A DNA stretch of 64,000 bases from a virus: the IMG/VR virus record IMGVR_UViG_3300009130_000010, positions 38,930 through 102,929 of that record; one strand, given 5' to 3'. How positions within the stretch are numbered: position 1 is the stretch's first letter; the number at the start of each line of letters is the position of its first letter. A program made the position numbers and the translations under genes. Below are positions 47,286-57,016 of the stretch, in pieces. Below the pieces are notes generated by a model. It saw nothing but the letters and a program-made list of their open reading frames with translations. It did no database searches and was not told the origin of the DNA.

Positions 47286-48221
47286 ATGACATATTCAACA
47301 GGCAACATAATTACTGCCGCTGATTACAATAGTTTTGTTTCTACTGTCAATGGCGCGATAGGAACCGGTTCGGGTTCTAAAGGTTATGGACAAAGTGCAT
47401 TATCTACTGTATCAGCTACAGACCAAATTACTGCGGCACAATGGACAGCATTATTAAATGCTGTTGCTACGGCGGCAACACACCAAGGTACATCAGTTGA
47501 TATACCAGGTGCTAGTGATACTGGTTATCCGGCATCTAGTGATACTATACACGCTTTTGACGGTTCACAAACAATCGGTGGACAAGCGTATTCATATGAT
47601 TTATCAAGTGCTGTTACTGATATAGATACAAACTATCAGAACGTTGACGCAGGTCAGCAAACTACTTTAGGTACTCAGCACACTTCTCAAAGAGGTTCAG
47701 CTTGGGGTGGTGAAGTAGGAAGTGCGGCAATTAATTCAGATGTAACAGTTACATTTGCTGATAATAACGCGGCAAGATACTTTTTTAATACTGGTGGTGA
47801 AATCCATATTACTTTGGATCAACCAACAGCGACTACTACACAATCTCAAAATTGGGAATCTATTTTTGATACTTCCATAGGAACTATTAAAATGGGTTAT
47901 ACTGGAACTACAAGAACTGGTTCAGGCGGAACGCCAAGTACTACTACAGGATTTTACGATTTGTCAACATCATATGCGACTATTTTTGAAGGAACAAACA
48001 TTGGTTCAGGTGCTTATAGTGCCAACGATGTATTAGTTCAAGCAAAAAGCGACGGCGCTGGAGTTATTACTTTTCAAATTACATTAGATGATCAACACGC
48101 TCCAACAAGTCCAAGCACAGTTGACACAGTTGAATCTGGGACTAAAGCAGACATTACGATTAGAAAATCGAGCACATACACGATTGCTACTCCGGCCTTT
48201 GCTACAACAGATTCATTCTAA
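47286..48221 (+). CDS. Virion structural protein (fibre-associated)
   Basis: MTYSTGNIITAADYN, GYGQS, ITAAQW, ARYFFNTGGEI; T/S/G-rich. Confidence 0.65.
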   Translation: MTYSTGNIITAADYNSFVSTVNGAIGTGSGSKGYGQSALSTVSATDQITAAQWTALLNAVATAATHQGTSVDIPGASDTGYPASSDTIHAFDGSQTIGGQAYSYDLSSAVTDIDTNYQNVDAGQQTTLGTQHTSQRGSAWGGEVGSAAINSDVTVTFADNNAARYFFNTGGEIHITLDQPTATTTQSQNWESIFDTSIGTIKMGYTGTTRTGSGGTPSTTTGFYDLSTSYATIFEGTNIGSGAYSANDVLVQAKSDGAGVITFQITLDDQHAPTSPSTVDTVESGTKADITIRKSSTYTIATPAFATTDSF

Positions 48222-48239
48222 AAATAGTCTAAATAATAC

Positions 48240-48268
48240 TTGACACCCTAATCCAAAGACTATATAAT
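48240..48268 (+). promoter_or_regulatory. Consensus sigma70 promoter for the glycan/Suf locus, preceded by late motif CTAAATA at 48229-48235
   Basis: TTGACA (48240-45), 17 nt spacer, TATAAT (48263-68). Confidence 0.85.
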
Positions 48269-48306
48269 ATAGCGAGTATGTGTAAAAAACACTACTCGCT
48301 ATTTTT
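48269..48306 (+). terminator. Intrinsic terminator-like hairpin ending the tail operon
   Basis: ATAGCGAGTA-T-GTG-(TAAAAAA)-CAC-TACTCGCTAT followed by TTTT. Confidence 0.65.
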
Positions 48307-48325
48307 ATATTAGGATAACCGTATC

Positions 48326-48676
48326 ATGACTCAAGAAACAAAAGACTTATTCAAAAAAGCAAATTATCGACAAGTCCAAAATAACCAATTACAATTACTC
48401 AAAGAATTAACTGCCGAAAGGCTTACAATTGGTTATAACGGCGGAATGTTTAATATTGATCCAACTCTACTGAATCTATTAGATTTGCTTGAACGTAAAA
48501 ATTACACTACGGCTGTTATAGACGACCGTAATGACAATCCAATTGAAGTCGAAGTTAAACCTTTTATGACATTAATTTTGGACACTTATGTTCAAGAACA
48601 AAATCGAGCCCTAGCAGAAAAAAGGGAAATAGTTACAGCAAGAAGCGTGGAAGAGATATTAACATATGACGACTAA
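48326..48676 (+). CDS. Hypothetical protein
   Basis: YNGGMFNI, IDDRNDNPI; SD AGGA; first gene of the operon. Confidence 0.7.
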   Translation: MTQETKDLFKKANYRQVQNNQLQLLKELTAERLTIGYNGGMFNIDPTLLNLLDLLERKNYTTAVIDDRNDNPIEVEVKPFMTLILDTYVQEQNRALAEKREIVTARSVEEILTYDD

Positions 48677-49490
48677 AGGCGTATTAATATTTGCTAAAAA
48701 TAACGAACAGTTTAATTACATAAAGCAGGCCGAAGTGGCTGGTGTTATGGCAAAGCATTTCCTTGACGTTCCTATCTCATTAATTACTTTAGAAGAAGAT
48801 TATAAAAATAATACTAGCGATATATGGGACGAAGTAATATATCTAGATGATGTAGAAGTAGTTAATGGGCGTGGTGTTTATGTTAAAGGCAAACGTCAAG
48901 ACATTACATGGTACAATTTAAATAGGTTATTAGCTTACGATTTATCTCCATACGATGAAACAATATTAATCGACGGCGATTATTTAATACAAAATTCAGT
49001 ATTATCTAACGTGTGGGGAAGTGTTGAACCAATGTTAATGAATACTACTAGTAGGTTACCTAGTAAAAAACAAGAACATATTTACGAAAAAGTTATTACA
49101 GATGGCTATCCTAATATACATTGGTTTACTGTATGTTACTTTAGAAAATGTACTGAAGCTGAAAAATGGTTTACACTAGCAAAAGAAATCAAAGAAAACA
49201 ATGACTTTTACAGTACAACATTTAATAGTCCATATACTTTTTATAGAAATGATATAACAGCTTCTATTGCCTCTCATATTATAAATGGGTACTCAGATGG
49301 ATATTTAAAACCATTGCCCACAAGACAAATAAACAGTTATCCTCCAGAAACAATTATAGATATTAACAAAGGAAGTATAACACTTAATACAGGTGATGGA
49401 CCTGTAAGATTAAAAGATACAAACGTACATTTATTAAACAAACTCGAAATAGAAAACAACTACGATAGGTTTATGGAACTTTATGGCTAG
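48666..49490 (+). CDS. GT-A fold glycosyltransferase-like protein
   Basis: KGVLIFA, YDLSPYDETILIDGD (DxD). Confidence 0.65.
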   Translation: MTTKGVLIFAKNNEQFNYIKQAEVAGVMAKHFLDVPISLITLEEDYKNNTSDIWDEVIYLDDVEVVNGRGVYVKGKRQDITWYNLNRLLAYDLSPYDETILIDGDYLIQNSVLSNVWGSVEPMLMNTTSRLPSKKQEHIYEKVITDGYPNIHWFTVCYFRKCTEAEKWFTLAKEIKENNDFYSTTFNSPYTFYRNDITASIASHIINGYSDGYLKPLPTRQINSYPPETIIDINKGSITLNTGDGPVRLKDTNVHLLNKLEIENNYDRFMELYG

Positions 49491-50358
49491 AAAATATAAA
49501 AGACAACGAGGCTTTTTTACTATAGCACAATATAGTGAGAAGTTTGGTGACTATCCTAGAATGGCTTATGCTTTAGCATTAAGTTTAAAAGCAAGTCAAA
49601 AAGAAGCACCATACTTGGCAGTTGGCATGACAGCAGAAGACCAAAAACGTTTACCTGACAATTATAAAGAAGTGTTTGATGAAGTAGTTACTATTCCATG
49701 GACTGACGAAGCATTACCTCATAATTGGAAATTACATAACTGGTGGAAAGCATATCATATGACACCTTACAAAGAAACAATTTGTTTAGATGCTGATATG
49801 ATTTTTACACACGACCATAGTGAATGGTGGAATATATTAGCAAGACGTTTTCCATTACAAATTTGTAATAGTCCTATAACATTTAAAGGACACAAAGCAG
49901 ATGTAAGTTATTACAGTAAACAATTTGCTAGAAATAATTTATATAGAGGGTATGCGGCCTTAACTTATTTTAGACAAAGTAAAGAAGCAAGGAAATTTTT
50001 TAATGTATGCGAAGACATATTTAAAAATTGGGACGACTACAGTTGGGAATATATTAGACATAACAAAGTACGTTGGGCGGCAACAGATGAAGTGTATGGA
50101 CTTGCTATTAGATTATTAGAATGGGAAGATAAAGTTAAACCTATTCCAAGTTTTACTTTTGTACATTTAAAATCAAAATGTCAAGGACTATTAGATTATA
50201 AAGTACAAGACATAGACTGGCCAGAATACTTAATGGATAGTTGGGACGAAGATGGTAGATGTTTTATTAACAATTACTTACAAACAAAACCAGTACATTA
50301 CCACGTTAAGAAATGGTTAACAGATAAACATATTGAACGATTAGAGGAACTAGCATGA
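49483..50358 (+). CDS. GT-A fold (GT8-like) glycosyltransferase-like protein
   Basis: AYALALS, FDEVV, TPYKETICLDAD (DxD), TD, FVHLK, HYH; paralogous to the upstream gene. Confidence 0.65.
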   Translation: MARKYKRQRGFFTIAQYSEKFGDYPRMAYALALSLKASQKEAPYLAVGMTAEDQKRLPDNYKEVFDEVVTIPWTDEALPHNWKLHNWWKAYHMTPYKETICLDADMIFTHDHSEWWNILARRFPLQICNSPITFKGHKADVSYYSKQFARNNLYRGYAALTYFRQSKEARKFFNVCEDIFKNWDDYSWEYIRHNKVRWAATDEVYGLAIRLLEWEDKVKPIPSFTFVHLKSKCQGLLDYKVQDIDWPEYLMDSWDEDGRCFINNYLQTKPVHYHVKKWLTDKHIERLEELA

Positions 50359-50924
50359 AACAAGAAGACGTACAAGCATTATCCGATAATCTATTCAATG
50401 TAAATGTTAAACGTGTTGCTAAAGCTAGTCAGCATAGAGTATATTATAATATCTTTGGTCAAATATTAGCATTAAGTCCTAAGGAAATAGCAGACTATAA
50501 AGAAGAATCATTTATTCGTGTTAGTAGAGATAGATATGTAGAACTAGCTGATACCAATTTAAAATCTTGGATGGTAGATACTAGCCAGGAGCCTCCACAA
50601 TTAATAAATATTAGTACTGATGCTATGTCATCAACCAACCGTGTTCATATAACAAATGAATACAATCCGAAGCGTCTTTTTAAGTTTGATTACAATTTAA
50701 AAACTAGAAAATTAAAATTAGTTTCAAATGGTAATTTACCAGATAAGAAAACAATTTGGGTTACACCAAAAGGTCAATATTCAATTATGCTAGAACGTAT
50801 ATACTTACACTCACTAGGAGAATTTGAATACGATATTAAACCATATCTCGACACAAAAGAAATTTCATTAGTATCTAGATATAATTTAGATATGTTAGTA
50901 AGTTATAGGACAAGCAATGATTAA
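50355..50924 (+). CDS. Hypothetical protein
   Basis: Coupled ORF within the operon (ATGA overlap, SD GAGGA). Confidence 0.65.
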   Translation: MKQEDVQALSDNLFNVNVKRVAKASQHRVYYNIFGQILALSPKEIADYKEESFIRVSRDRYVELADTNLKSWMVDTSQEPPQLINISTDAMSSTNRVHITNEYNPKRLFKFDYNLKTRKLKLVSNGNLPDKKTIWVTPKGQYSIMLERIYLHSLGEFEYDIKPYLDTKEISLVSRYNLDMLVSYRTSND

Positions 50925-51837
50925 TCAATATAAAGTAAGTGACTTTGACGTTGTATACATTTCATATGACGAACCTAATGCTGAAAAACATTGGGCAGAT
51001 TTAAAAAGTAAATGCCCGTGGGCAAAACGTGTACACGGTGTTAAAGGTTTTGATGCGGCTCATAATAAAGCAGGACAAATAAGTGAAACTGATAGAGTGT
51101 TTACTATAGACGGTGATAATATGGTAAGGGCAGATTTTTTTAATGAAGTATTAGAAATAGATGACGAAGCACAAAAGGACTTTGTTTTTAGTTGGTGTGG
51201 TCACAACATAATCAACGGATTAACTTATGGAAACGGTGGCGTTAAACTTTGGCCAAAACACATCATTACTAATATGGAAAGTCACGAGAAGTCAAAAACT
51301 GAACAACACGCCGTAGACTTTTGTTGGATGGTAACTTACTTTCAAATGGCAGATACTATGAGTGATGTCTGTGTTAACGGTAGTACTGAACAGGCATTTA
51401 GAGCTGGCATACGAGAAGGTGTTAAGTTAAGTTTAGATAGAGGTATACTTCCTGACAAATGGGAATACTTAGAAAAGAATCACTATAAAAATTTACATAG
51501 ACTGGCTATATGGTGTAGCGTTGGACTTGATGTAGAATTTGGCGACTGGGCAATACTAGGTGCTAGGATGAGTACTTACATGACAAACGTTGAACGTTGG
51601 GACCATACACAAATTGCTAATTATGATTTCATGCAACCTTTCTGTAAAGAAATGTTAGAAAAATATAAAGATGTTGAAACAAGAAAACTAGCTATTAAAG
51701 AATATGGTGACTTACTTAGAAAAGATTTACAATTTAGAATTGCTGATTTAGATGCTGAATCTAGTAGATGGTTTAAAATGGTTTATGAGAATCCTACTAG
51801 ATATGGAGTTATGTTAACTGAACAAGATATAAAATGA
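50917..51837 (+). CDS. Glycosyltransferase-like protein (GT-A)
   Basis: FDVVYISYDEPNA, RVHGVKG..AH, FTIDGDN (DxD), NGLTYGNGGVKLW, AFRAG.REGVKL. Confidence 0.65.
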   Translation: MINQYKVSDFDVVYISYDEPNAEKHWADLKSKCPWAKRVHGVKGFDAAHNKAGQISETDRVFTIDGDNMVRADFFNEVLEIDDEAQKDFVFSWCGHNIINGLTYGNGGVKLWPKHIITNMESHEKSKTEQHAVDFCWMVTYFQMADTMSDVCVNGSTEQAFRAGIREGVKLSLDRGILPDKWEYLEKNHYKNLHRLAIWCSVGLDVEFGDWAILGARMSTYMTNVERWDHTQIANYDFMQPFCKEMLEKYKDVETRKLAIKEYGDLLRKDLQFRIADLDAESSRWFKMVYENPTRYGVMLTEQDIK

Positions 51838-52325
51838 AAATCTTATGTATAGGAAATGGTGTTAGTTTAAAAGATAATTTACATATTTGTAACTATCCAT
51901 ATGATTTTAAACTAGGAACTAAACGACAGTACAAAAGATTTAAAGATTTAGATTTTATTGCTGTAGCAGATAAGCAACCAGCAGAAGTATTAAGCGAAGA
52001 ATATAAAGGAAAAATTATTACTAAATGGAATACTAAAGAAAACTTTATTATTCCAAAAGAAGCAGACGATGATGACATTACAGGAACATTACAAATGAAA
52101 TATGCTGTTGAGTTAGGCGGAACAATTATTCATACAGTAGGGTTTGACTGTTTAAAAAATCGTATTGAGAAAGACGAAACGTGGGAATGGACAAAACCAG
52201 GCCCATGGGATATGACCAAACAACAACAAAGAAAATGGGATCAGGCATTAATGGACACATGGAAATCAAAAATGAAAGCCATCGAACACAGCAATCTCAA
52301 TATACAATGGAGACATTTCTTATGA
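51834..52325 (+). CDS. MptE / sialyltransferase-like Rossmann protein
   Basis: ILCIGNGVS at the N-terminus, TG..., IHTVGFD near the C-terminus. Confidence 0.45.
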   Translation: MKILCIGNGVSLKDNLHICNYPYDFKLGTKRQYKRFKDLDFIAVADKQPAEVLSEEYKGKIITKWNTKENFIIPKEADDDDITGTLQMKYAVELGGTIIHTVGFDCLKNRIEKDETWEWTKPGPWDMTKQQQRKWDQALMDTWKSKMKAIEHSNLNIQWRHFL

Positions 52326-53044
52326 TAGTAGACGTAACTGAAGTAGAACATTATACAGATAACCTATTTAAATTTAAAACAACAAGACCAGCGACATATA
52401 AATTTAGAGCAGGTGAGTTTGTGATGGTAGGATTAGATAGTGATGATCGTTCTATTCCTAAAAGGCCTTATAGCTTTTGTAATGGTCCTAATGAAGATTA
52501 CTTAGAATTTTATAGTATCAAATTACCAGACGGCCCACTTACAAGTAAATTACAACATATTAAAGAAGGTGATAAATTATTCGTAGGTGACAAAACTACA
52601 GGAACATTAGTAACAGACAACATATGGCCAGGTGGCATACCAAATAGTAACTTATGGCTTATAGCAACCGGAACTGGTATTGCTCCTTTTATGAGTTTAT
52701 TACGTGATCCAGAAATATATGGAATGTTTAATCTAGTAAATGTGTGTTGGACTACACGAACAATAAAAGATCAAGATGCTTATAAATCTATTTTAGAAAC
52801 AATGGATTGTAACTATATTCCTACAGTTACACAAGAAGACTTTCACAGACGTGGACGAATTACAGATTTAATTAAAGAAGGCAAAGCATTTCAAGAAACA
52901 TCACCCGAAAAAGATAAAGTTATGCTATGCGGTAGTATGGATTTTAATATCGAAATGAGAGACTACCTTGAAGAACGTGGTTGGCTAGAAGGTAGCAAAT
53001 CACAAGTTGGTTCATTTGTAGTAGAGAAAGCATTTGTTAAATGA
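52322..53044 (+). CDS. fpr: Ferredoxin/flavodoxin-NADP+ reductase
   Basis: FRAGEFVM, RPYS, GPLTSKL, ATGTGIAPF, GRIT, MLCGS, FVVEKAF; start moved to ATG 52322 (ATGA overlap). Confidence 0.92.
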   Translation: MIVDVTEVEHYTDNLFKFKTTRPATYKFRAGEFVMVGLDSDDRSIPKRPYSFCNGPNEDYLEFYSIKLPDGPLTSKLQHIKEGDKLFVGDKTTGTLVTDNIWPGGIPNSNLWLIATGTGIAPFMSLLRDPEIYGMFNLVNVCWTTRTIKDQDAYKSILETMDCNYIPTVTQEDFHRRGRITDLIKEGKAFQETSPEKDKVMLCGSMDFNIEMRDYLEERGWLEGSKSQVGSFVVEKAFVK

Positions 53045-53481
53045 GAAAAATAAGTCACAGAGGAAATTTAAATGGGCCTAATCCTGAAAGGGAGAACAGT
53101 CCACATTATATTTTTGAGGCACTAGCAGAAGGATTTGATGTTGAAATTGATGTATGGTATCAAAACGGAATGATACAACTAGGGCATGATAAACCTATAT
53201 ATACTGTTAACAAGAAAATGTTAAACATGAATGGCTTATGGTGTCATGCTAAAAATGTTGAAGCATTAGAGTATATGACTAACAACGACATTAATTGTTT
53301 TTGGCATCAAGGAGATGATGTTACGTTAACAAGTAAGGGTTATATATGGACACACTCTGACTACAATACTTACACACCAAAATCAGTAATATGTCATATG
53401 GAGAGACCTAGTATAGAAGAACTAGAAGTATATAAAAATTGTTATGGTTTATGTAGTGATTACATCGGAGTTATAGAATGA
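53041..53481 (+). CDS. Minimal GDPD / PI-PLC-like phosphodiesterase
   Basis: ISHRGN...ENS, DVEIDV, LGHD, WCHAKN, FWHQ.D..TLTS, CSDY. Confidence 0.75.
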   Translation: MRKISHRGNLNGPNPERENSPHYIFEALAEGFDVEIDVWYQNGMIQLGHDKPIYTVNKKMLNMNGLWCHAKNVEALEYMTNNDINCFWHQGDDVTLTSKGYIWTHSDYNTYTPKSVICHMERPSIEELEVYKNCYGLCSDYIGVIE

Positions 53482-54923
53482 AAAAAGAAACAGTAAAAAC
53501 AGTTGATAAATTCTCCGAGTATAAGCACGGCTGGTCAACTGATATAGAATCAGATACAATTCCAAAAGGCATAAACGAAGATATTGTTAAAATAATATCT
53601 TCTAAAAAGAATGAACCGCAATGGATGTTAGATTGGCGTCTTAAAGCCTATAGAGCTTGGATTAAAATGGAAGAGCCTAATTGGGCTAACGTTGATTTTC
53701 CTCAAATAGATTATCAAGATTTATATTATTATTCAGCACCTAAGAGTATGGCAGATGGTCCTAAGAGTTTAGATGAAGTAGACCCTAAACTATTAGAAAC
53801 ATACAAAAAATTAGGAATACCATTAGCAGAACAAAAAAAGTTAGCAGGTGTGGCAGTAGATGTTGTATTTGATAGTGTGTCAGTTGCTACAACATTTCAA
53901 GACGAATTAGAAAAAGCAGGAGTAATATTTTGTCCAATATCAGAAGCAATTCAGAAGCACCCAGAATTAGTTAAAAAATACATTGGTTCTGTTATACCAA
54001 TACGTGATCATTTTTATGCGGCGTTAAATTCTGCTGTATTTACAGATGGATCATTTGTGTATATTCCACCAGGTGTAAAATGTCCTATGGAATTATCAAC
54101 ATATTTTAGAATTAATGCTGAAAAAACAGGTCAATTTGAAAGGACATTAATAATTGCTGACAAAGGAAGTTATGTAAGTTATTTAGAAGGATGTACAGCA
54201 CCAATGAGAGATGAGAATCAATTACACGCCGCCAATGTAGAATTAGTTGCTCTTGATGATGCTGAGATAAAATATTCAACAATTCAAAATTGGTACCCAG
54301 GTGACGATCAAGGAAAAGGTGGCGTATATAATTTAGTTACTAAACGAGGAGCCTGCCGAGGACGTAACAGTAAAATAAGTTGGACCCAAGTAGAAACAGG
54401 TTCAGCAGTTACGTGGAAGTATCCTAGTTGTATATTACAAGGAGATAACTCTTCGGGTGAATTTTATTCTGTTGCTGTAACAAACAATTACCAACAAGCA
54501 GATACAGGAACTAAAATGATTCATATGGGTAAGAATACAAAAAGTAGAATAATCTCAAAAGGTATTTCCTGTGGACATTCACAAAACACTTACAGAGGAT
54601 TAGTTAGTATTAAGAAGATGGCCGATAAGGCTCGCAATTATACACAATGCGATTCATTACTTATAGGCGACAAGTGTGGAGCACATACTGTTCCATACAT
54701 AGATAATAATTGTAAGACTTCAGTATCAGAACACGAAGCGTCAGCATCTAAAATTAGTGATGACCAATTATTTTACATAAGACAACGAGGCATACCAGAG
54801 GAACAAGCTGTTAGTTTAATTGTTAATGGGTTTTGTAAAGAAGTATTACAAAAATTACCAATGGAGTTTGCTATGGAGGCACAGCAACTCGTAGGAATTA
54901 GTTTAGAGGGGAGCGTAGGATAA
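53478..54923 (+). CDS. sufB: Fe-S cluster assembly scaffold SufB
   Basis: [79 protein letters not shown]. Confidence 0.97.
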   Translation: MKKETVKTVDKFSEYKHGWSTDIESDTIPKGINEDIVKIISSKKNEPQWMLDWRLKAYRAWIKMEEPNWANVDFPQIDYQDLYYYSAPKSMADGPKSLDEVDPKLLETYKKLGIPLAEQKKLAGVAVDVVFDSVSVATTFQDELEKAGVIFCPISEAIQKHPELVKKYIGSVIPIRDHFYAALNSAVFTDGSFVYIPPGVKCPMELSTYFRINAEKTGQFERTLIIADKGSYVSYLEGCTAPMRDENQLHAANVELVALDDAEIKYSTIQNWYPGDDQGKGGVYNLVTKRGACRGRNSKISWTQVETGSAVTWKYPSCILQGDNSSGEFYSVAVTNNYQQADTGTKMIHMGKNTKSRIISKGISCGHSQNTYRGLVSIKKMADKARNYTQCDSLLIGDKCGAHTVPYIDNNCKTSVSEHEASASKISDDQLFYIRQRGIPEEQAVSLIVNGFCKEVLQKLPMEFAMEAQQLVGISLEGSVG

Positions 54924-55351
54924 TGTCAAATAGATTTCATTTAGCCATACTAGCAGGCGATCTAGAAGTAGCAATAAAATTTTATTGTGATGTGTTAGGT
55001 TGTAAAAGAGGTATGGCAGAATTTAAATACCCCGATGCTTGGGTAGATATTAACTTCTGGGGTAATGAGTTAACACTACACGCATCAGATCCAAAAGATA
55101 AAAATGCTGGCGAACGACATAATGTTGATATGGGTAATGTATCTGTACCTCATTTTGGTGTACACTTAGACAATGATGTATTTCAAAATTTAAAACAGCG
55201 AATAATAGATAACGGAATAGAATTTTTAGATCCTCCCTTCATTAGGTTTGAAGGCGAGAGTAGACAACAAGAAACAATGTTTATCGAAGACCCTAACGGT
55301 AACTGTTTAGAAATTAAAACAATGGCGAATCCAGATGAATTATTTAGATAA
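54923..55351 (+). CDS. VOC / glyoxalase family protein
   Basis: FHLAI, FY..VLG, PHFG, TMFIEDPNGN.LEIK. Confidence 0.88.
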   Translation: MSNRFHLAILAGDLEVAIKFYCDVLGCKRGMAEFKYPDAWVDINFWGNELTLHASDPKDKNAGERHNVDMGNVSVPHFGVHLDNDVFQNLKQRIIDNGIEFLDPPFIRFEGESRQQETMFIEDPNGNCLEIKTMANPDELFR

Positions 55352-55739
55352 AATTACAGAGTATAAAAATAACATTGAAACGTTACGAGCAATTGAAAGT
55401 TTAGAAGTTTACCGATGGTTGATTTCGCTCGGGGCAAAATTAAACTTCGATCCTTTAAGTGAAGAAAAACGTATTGAAGAAAACAGAGTAAGTCGTTGCC
55501 AGTTTGATTTATTTGTTGATTGGGAAGATGGTAAATTTAAAGCATGGAGCAACGCCATGATAGCTGGAGGTTATGCTTACATACTAATAGATATTTTTAA
55601 TTCTCCAGGAGCAGAAAAAATCACAATAGAACAATTTGAAGAAATTAAACTAGACGAATTACTAACAATGAATAGAAAAACTGGATTCTATCAAATGATC
55701 GAGATAATGATAAAAAGGATACCGAATGTTAAAAATTGA
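55335..55739 (+). CDS. sufE: SufE-like sulfur acceptor
   Basis: YRWLISLG.KL, ENRVSRCQ (conserved Cys), SNAMIAGG, LTMNRKTGF. Confidence 0.75.
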   Translation: MNYLDKITEYKNNIETLRAIESLEVYRWLISLGAKLNFDPLSEEKRIEENRVSRCQFDLFVDWEDGKFKAWSNAMIAGGYAYILIDIFNSPGAEKITIEQFEEIKLDELLTMNRKTGFYQMIEIMIKRIPNVKN

Positions 55740-56460
55740 AAACTTAAAAGTATCAATAGATGGTAAAGAAATAATAAAAGACTTAACCCTTAATATTCCA
55801 AAAGGTGAAGTTCATGCTTTAATGGGTCCTAACGGATCAGGTAAAAGTACATTGGCTAATGTGTTAGCTGGGCGAACTGGTTATGATATTGATGGAACAA
55901 TTTCTTATCAAGGAAAAGATTTATTAACTTTACCAATAGAAGAAAGAGCTCAAGAAGGTTTGTTTTTAGCATTTCAATATCCTGTTGAAGTTCCTGGCGT
56001 TAATACAAGTAACTTTTTAAGATCAGCACTAAATCAAACTCGTAGACATAGAAAAGAAGCAGAATTAGACCCTTTAGAATTTGTTGCAAAAATACAACAA
56101 ACAGCAGAAACCCTTAACATTGACAAAACAATACTTAATAGAGAACTAAATGTAGGATTCTCAGGGGGCGAAAAAAAGAAAAATGAAGTATTACAAATGT
56201 CTATCTTAGAACCTACGTTAGCAATTCTAGATGAGACTGATTCTGGTTTAGATATAGACGCTTTAAGAATCGTAGCAGACGGTGTAAATGCTTTAAAAAA
56301 TAAAGATAGATCTTTTTTAATTATTACACATTACCAACGTTTACTAGATTACATTAAACCAGACTTTGTTCATGTTTTAATGGATGGGAAAATAGATAGA
56401 ACAGGATGTGAAGCACTAGCTTTAGAATTAGAAAAGAGTGGTTATGGACATACAAAATAA
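55726..56460 (+). CDS. sufC: Fe-S cluster assembly ATPase SufC
   Basis: MGPNGSGKST, FLAFQYPVEVPGV, GFSGGEKK, LDETDSGLDIDAL, ITHYQRLLDYI.PD.VH. Confidence 0.97.
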   Translation: MLKIENLKVSIDGKEIIKDLTLNIPKGEVHALMGPNGSGKSTLANVLAGRTGYDIDGTISYQGKDLLTLPIEERAQEGLFLAFQYPVEVPGVNTSNFLRSALNQTRRHRKEAELDPLEFVAKIQQTAETLNIDKTILNRELNVGFSGGEKKKNEVLQMSILEPTLAILDETDSGLDIDALRIVADGVNALKNKDRSFLIITHYQRLLDYIKPDFVHVLMDGKIDRTGCEALALELEKSGYGHTK

Positions 56461-57016
56461 TTATAAAAAAGTTATAAACTTAAAAGAAGATTCAGTATTA
56501 AATTATAACTTAAAAGAAGACTCAATTGCGGTTATATTTTTTTATAATTATTCTGGCGTTGCGACAACTGTTAATATAAACTTAGATACAAATTCATCTT
56601 GCGAGTTGTATGGTATATTTAAAAACACAGATGAGAAAACAGATGTTGTTACTAACGTAGTACACAATGGTCATAATTCAAAGTGTAATCAAGACTTTAG
56701 ATTTATAAACAAGAATAGTGTTAGTTCTTTTGAGGGTTTAATTTCTGTTCCTAAAGATATTACTAATTGTGAAAGTCATATGTCTAACAAAAATCTTTTA
56801 TTAGATACTACATCTAAAGCATTCGCAAAACCAGAATTAAACATTTTAAATTCTAATGTTGTTTGTTCACATAGCAGTACAACTGGAGCATTAGATGAAG
56901 AACAATTATTTTATCTTCAAAGCAGAGGAATATCATATGAGGACTCTATTGATATGCTCGTAGAAGCATTTTCCCAAGACATTAAAAATAAAATGGAAGG
57001 AACAATCAAACAATGA
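56444..57016 (+). CDS. sufD: SufD-like protein, short (C-terminal beta-helix only)
   Basis: NKNLLL, AKPELNI, CSHSSTTG.LDEEQLFYLQSRGI, MLVEAF; ~190 aa, roughly half of a typical SufD. Confidence 0.8.
   Translation: MDIQNNYKKVINLKEDSVLNYNLKEDSIAVIFFYNYSGVATTVNINLDTNSSCELYGIFKNTDEKTDVVTNVVHNGHNSKCNQDFRFINKNSVSSFEGLISVPKDITNCESHMSNKNLLLDTTSKAFAKPELNILNSNVVCSHSSTTGALDEEQLFYLQSRGISYEDSIDMLVEAFSQDIKNKMEGTIKQ

Noticed and set aside
52322-57016. Host chromosomal contamination or prophage boundary at the suf genes
   Set aside because: The suf genes overlap and interleave with phage-type ORFs and share the same composition and Ala-Ala codon bias; a read-level check is still advisable.
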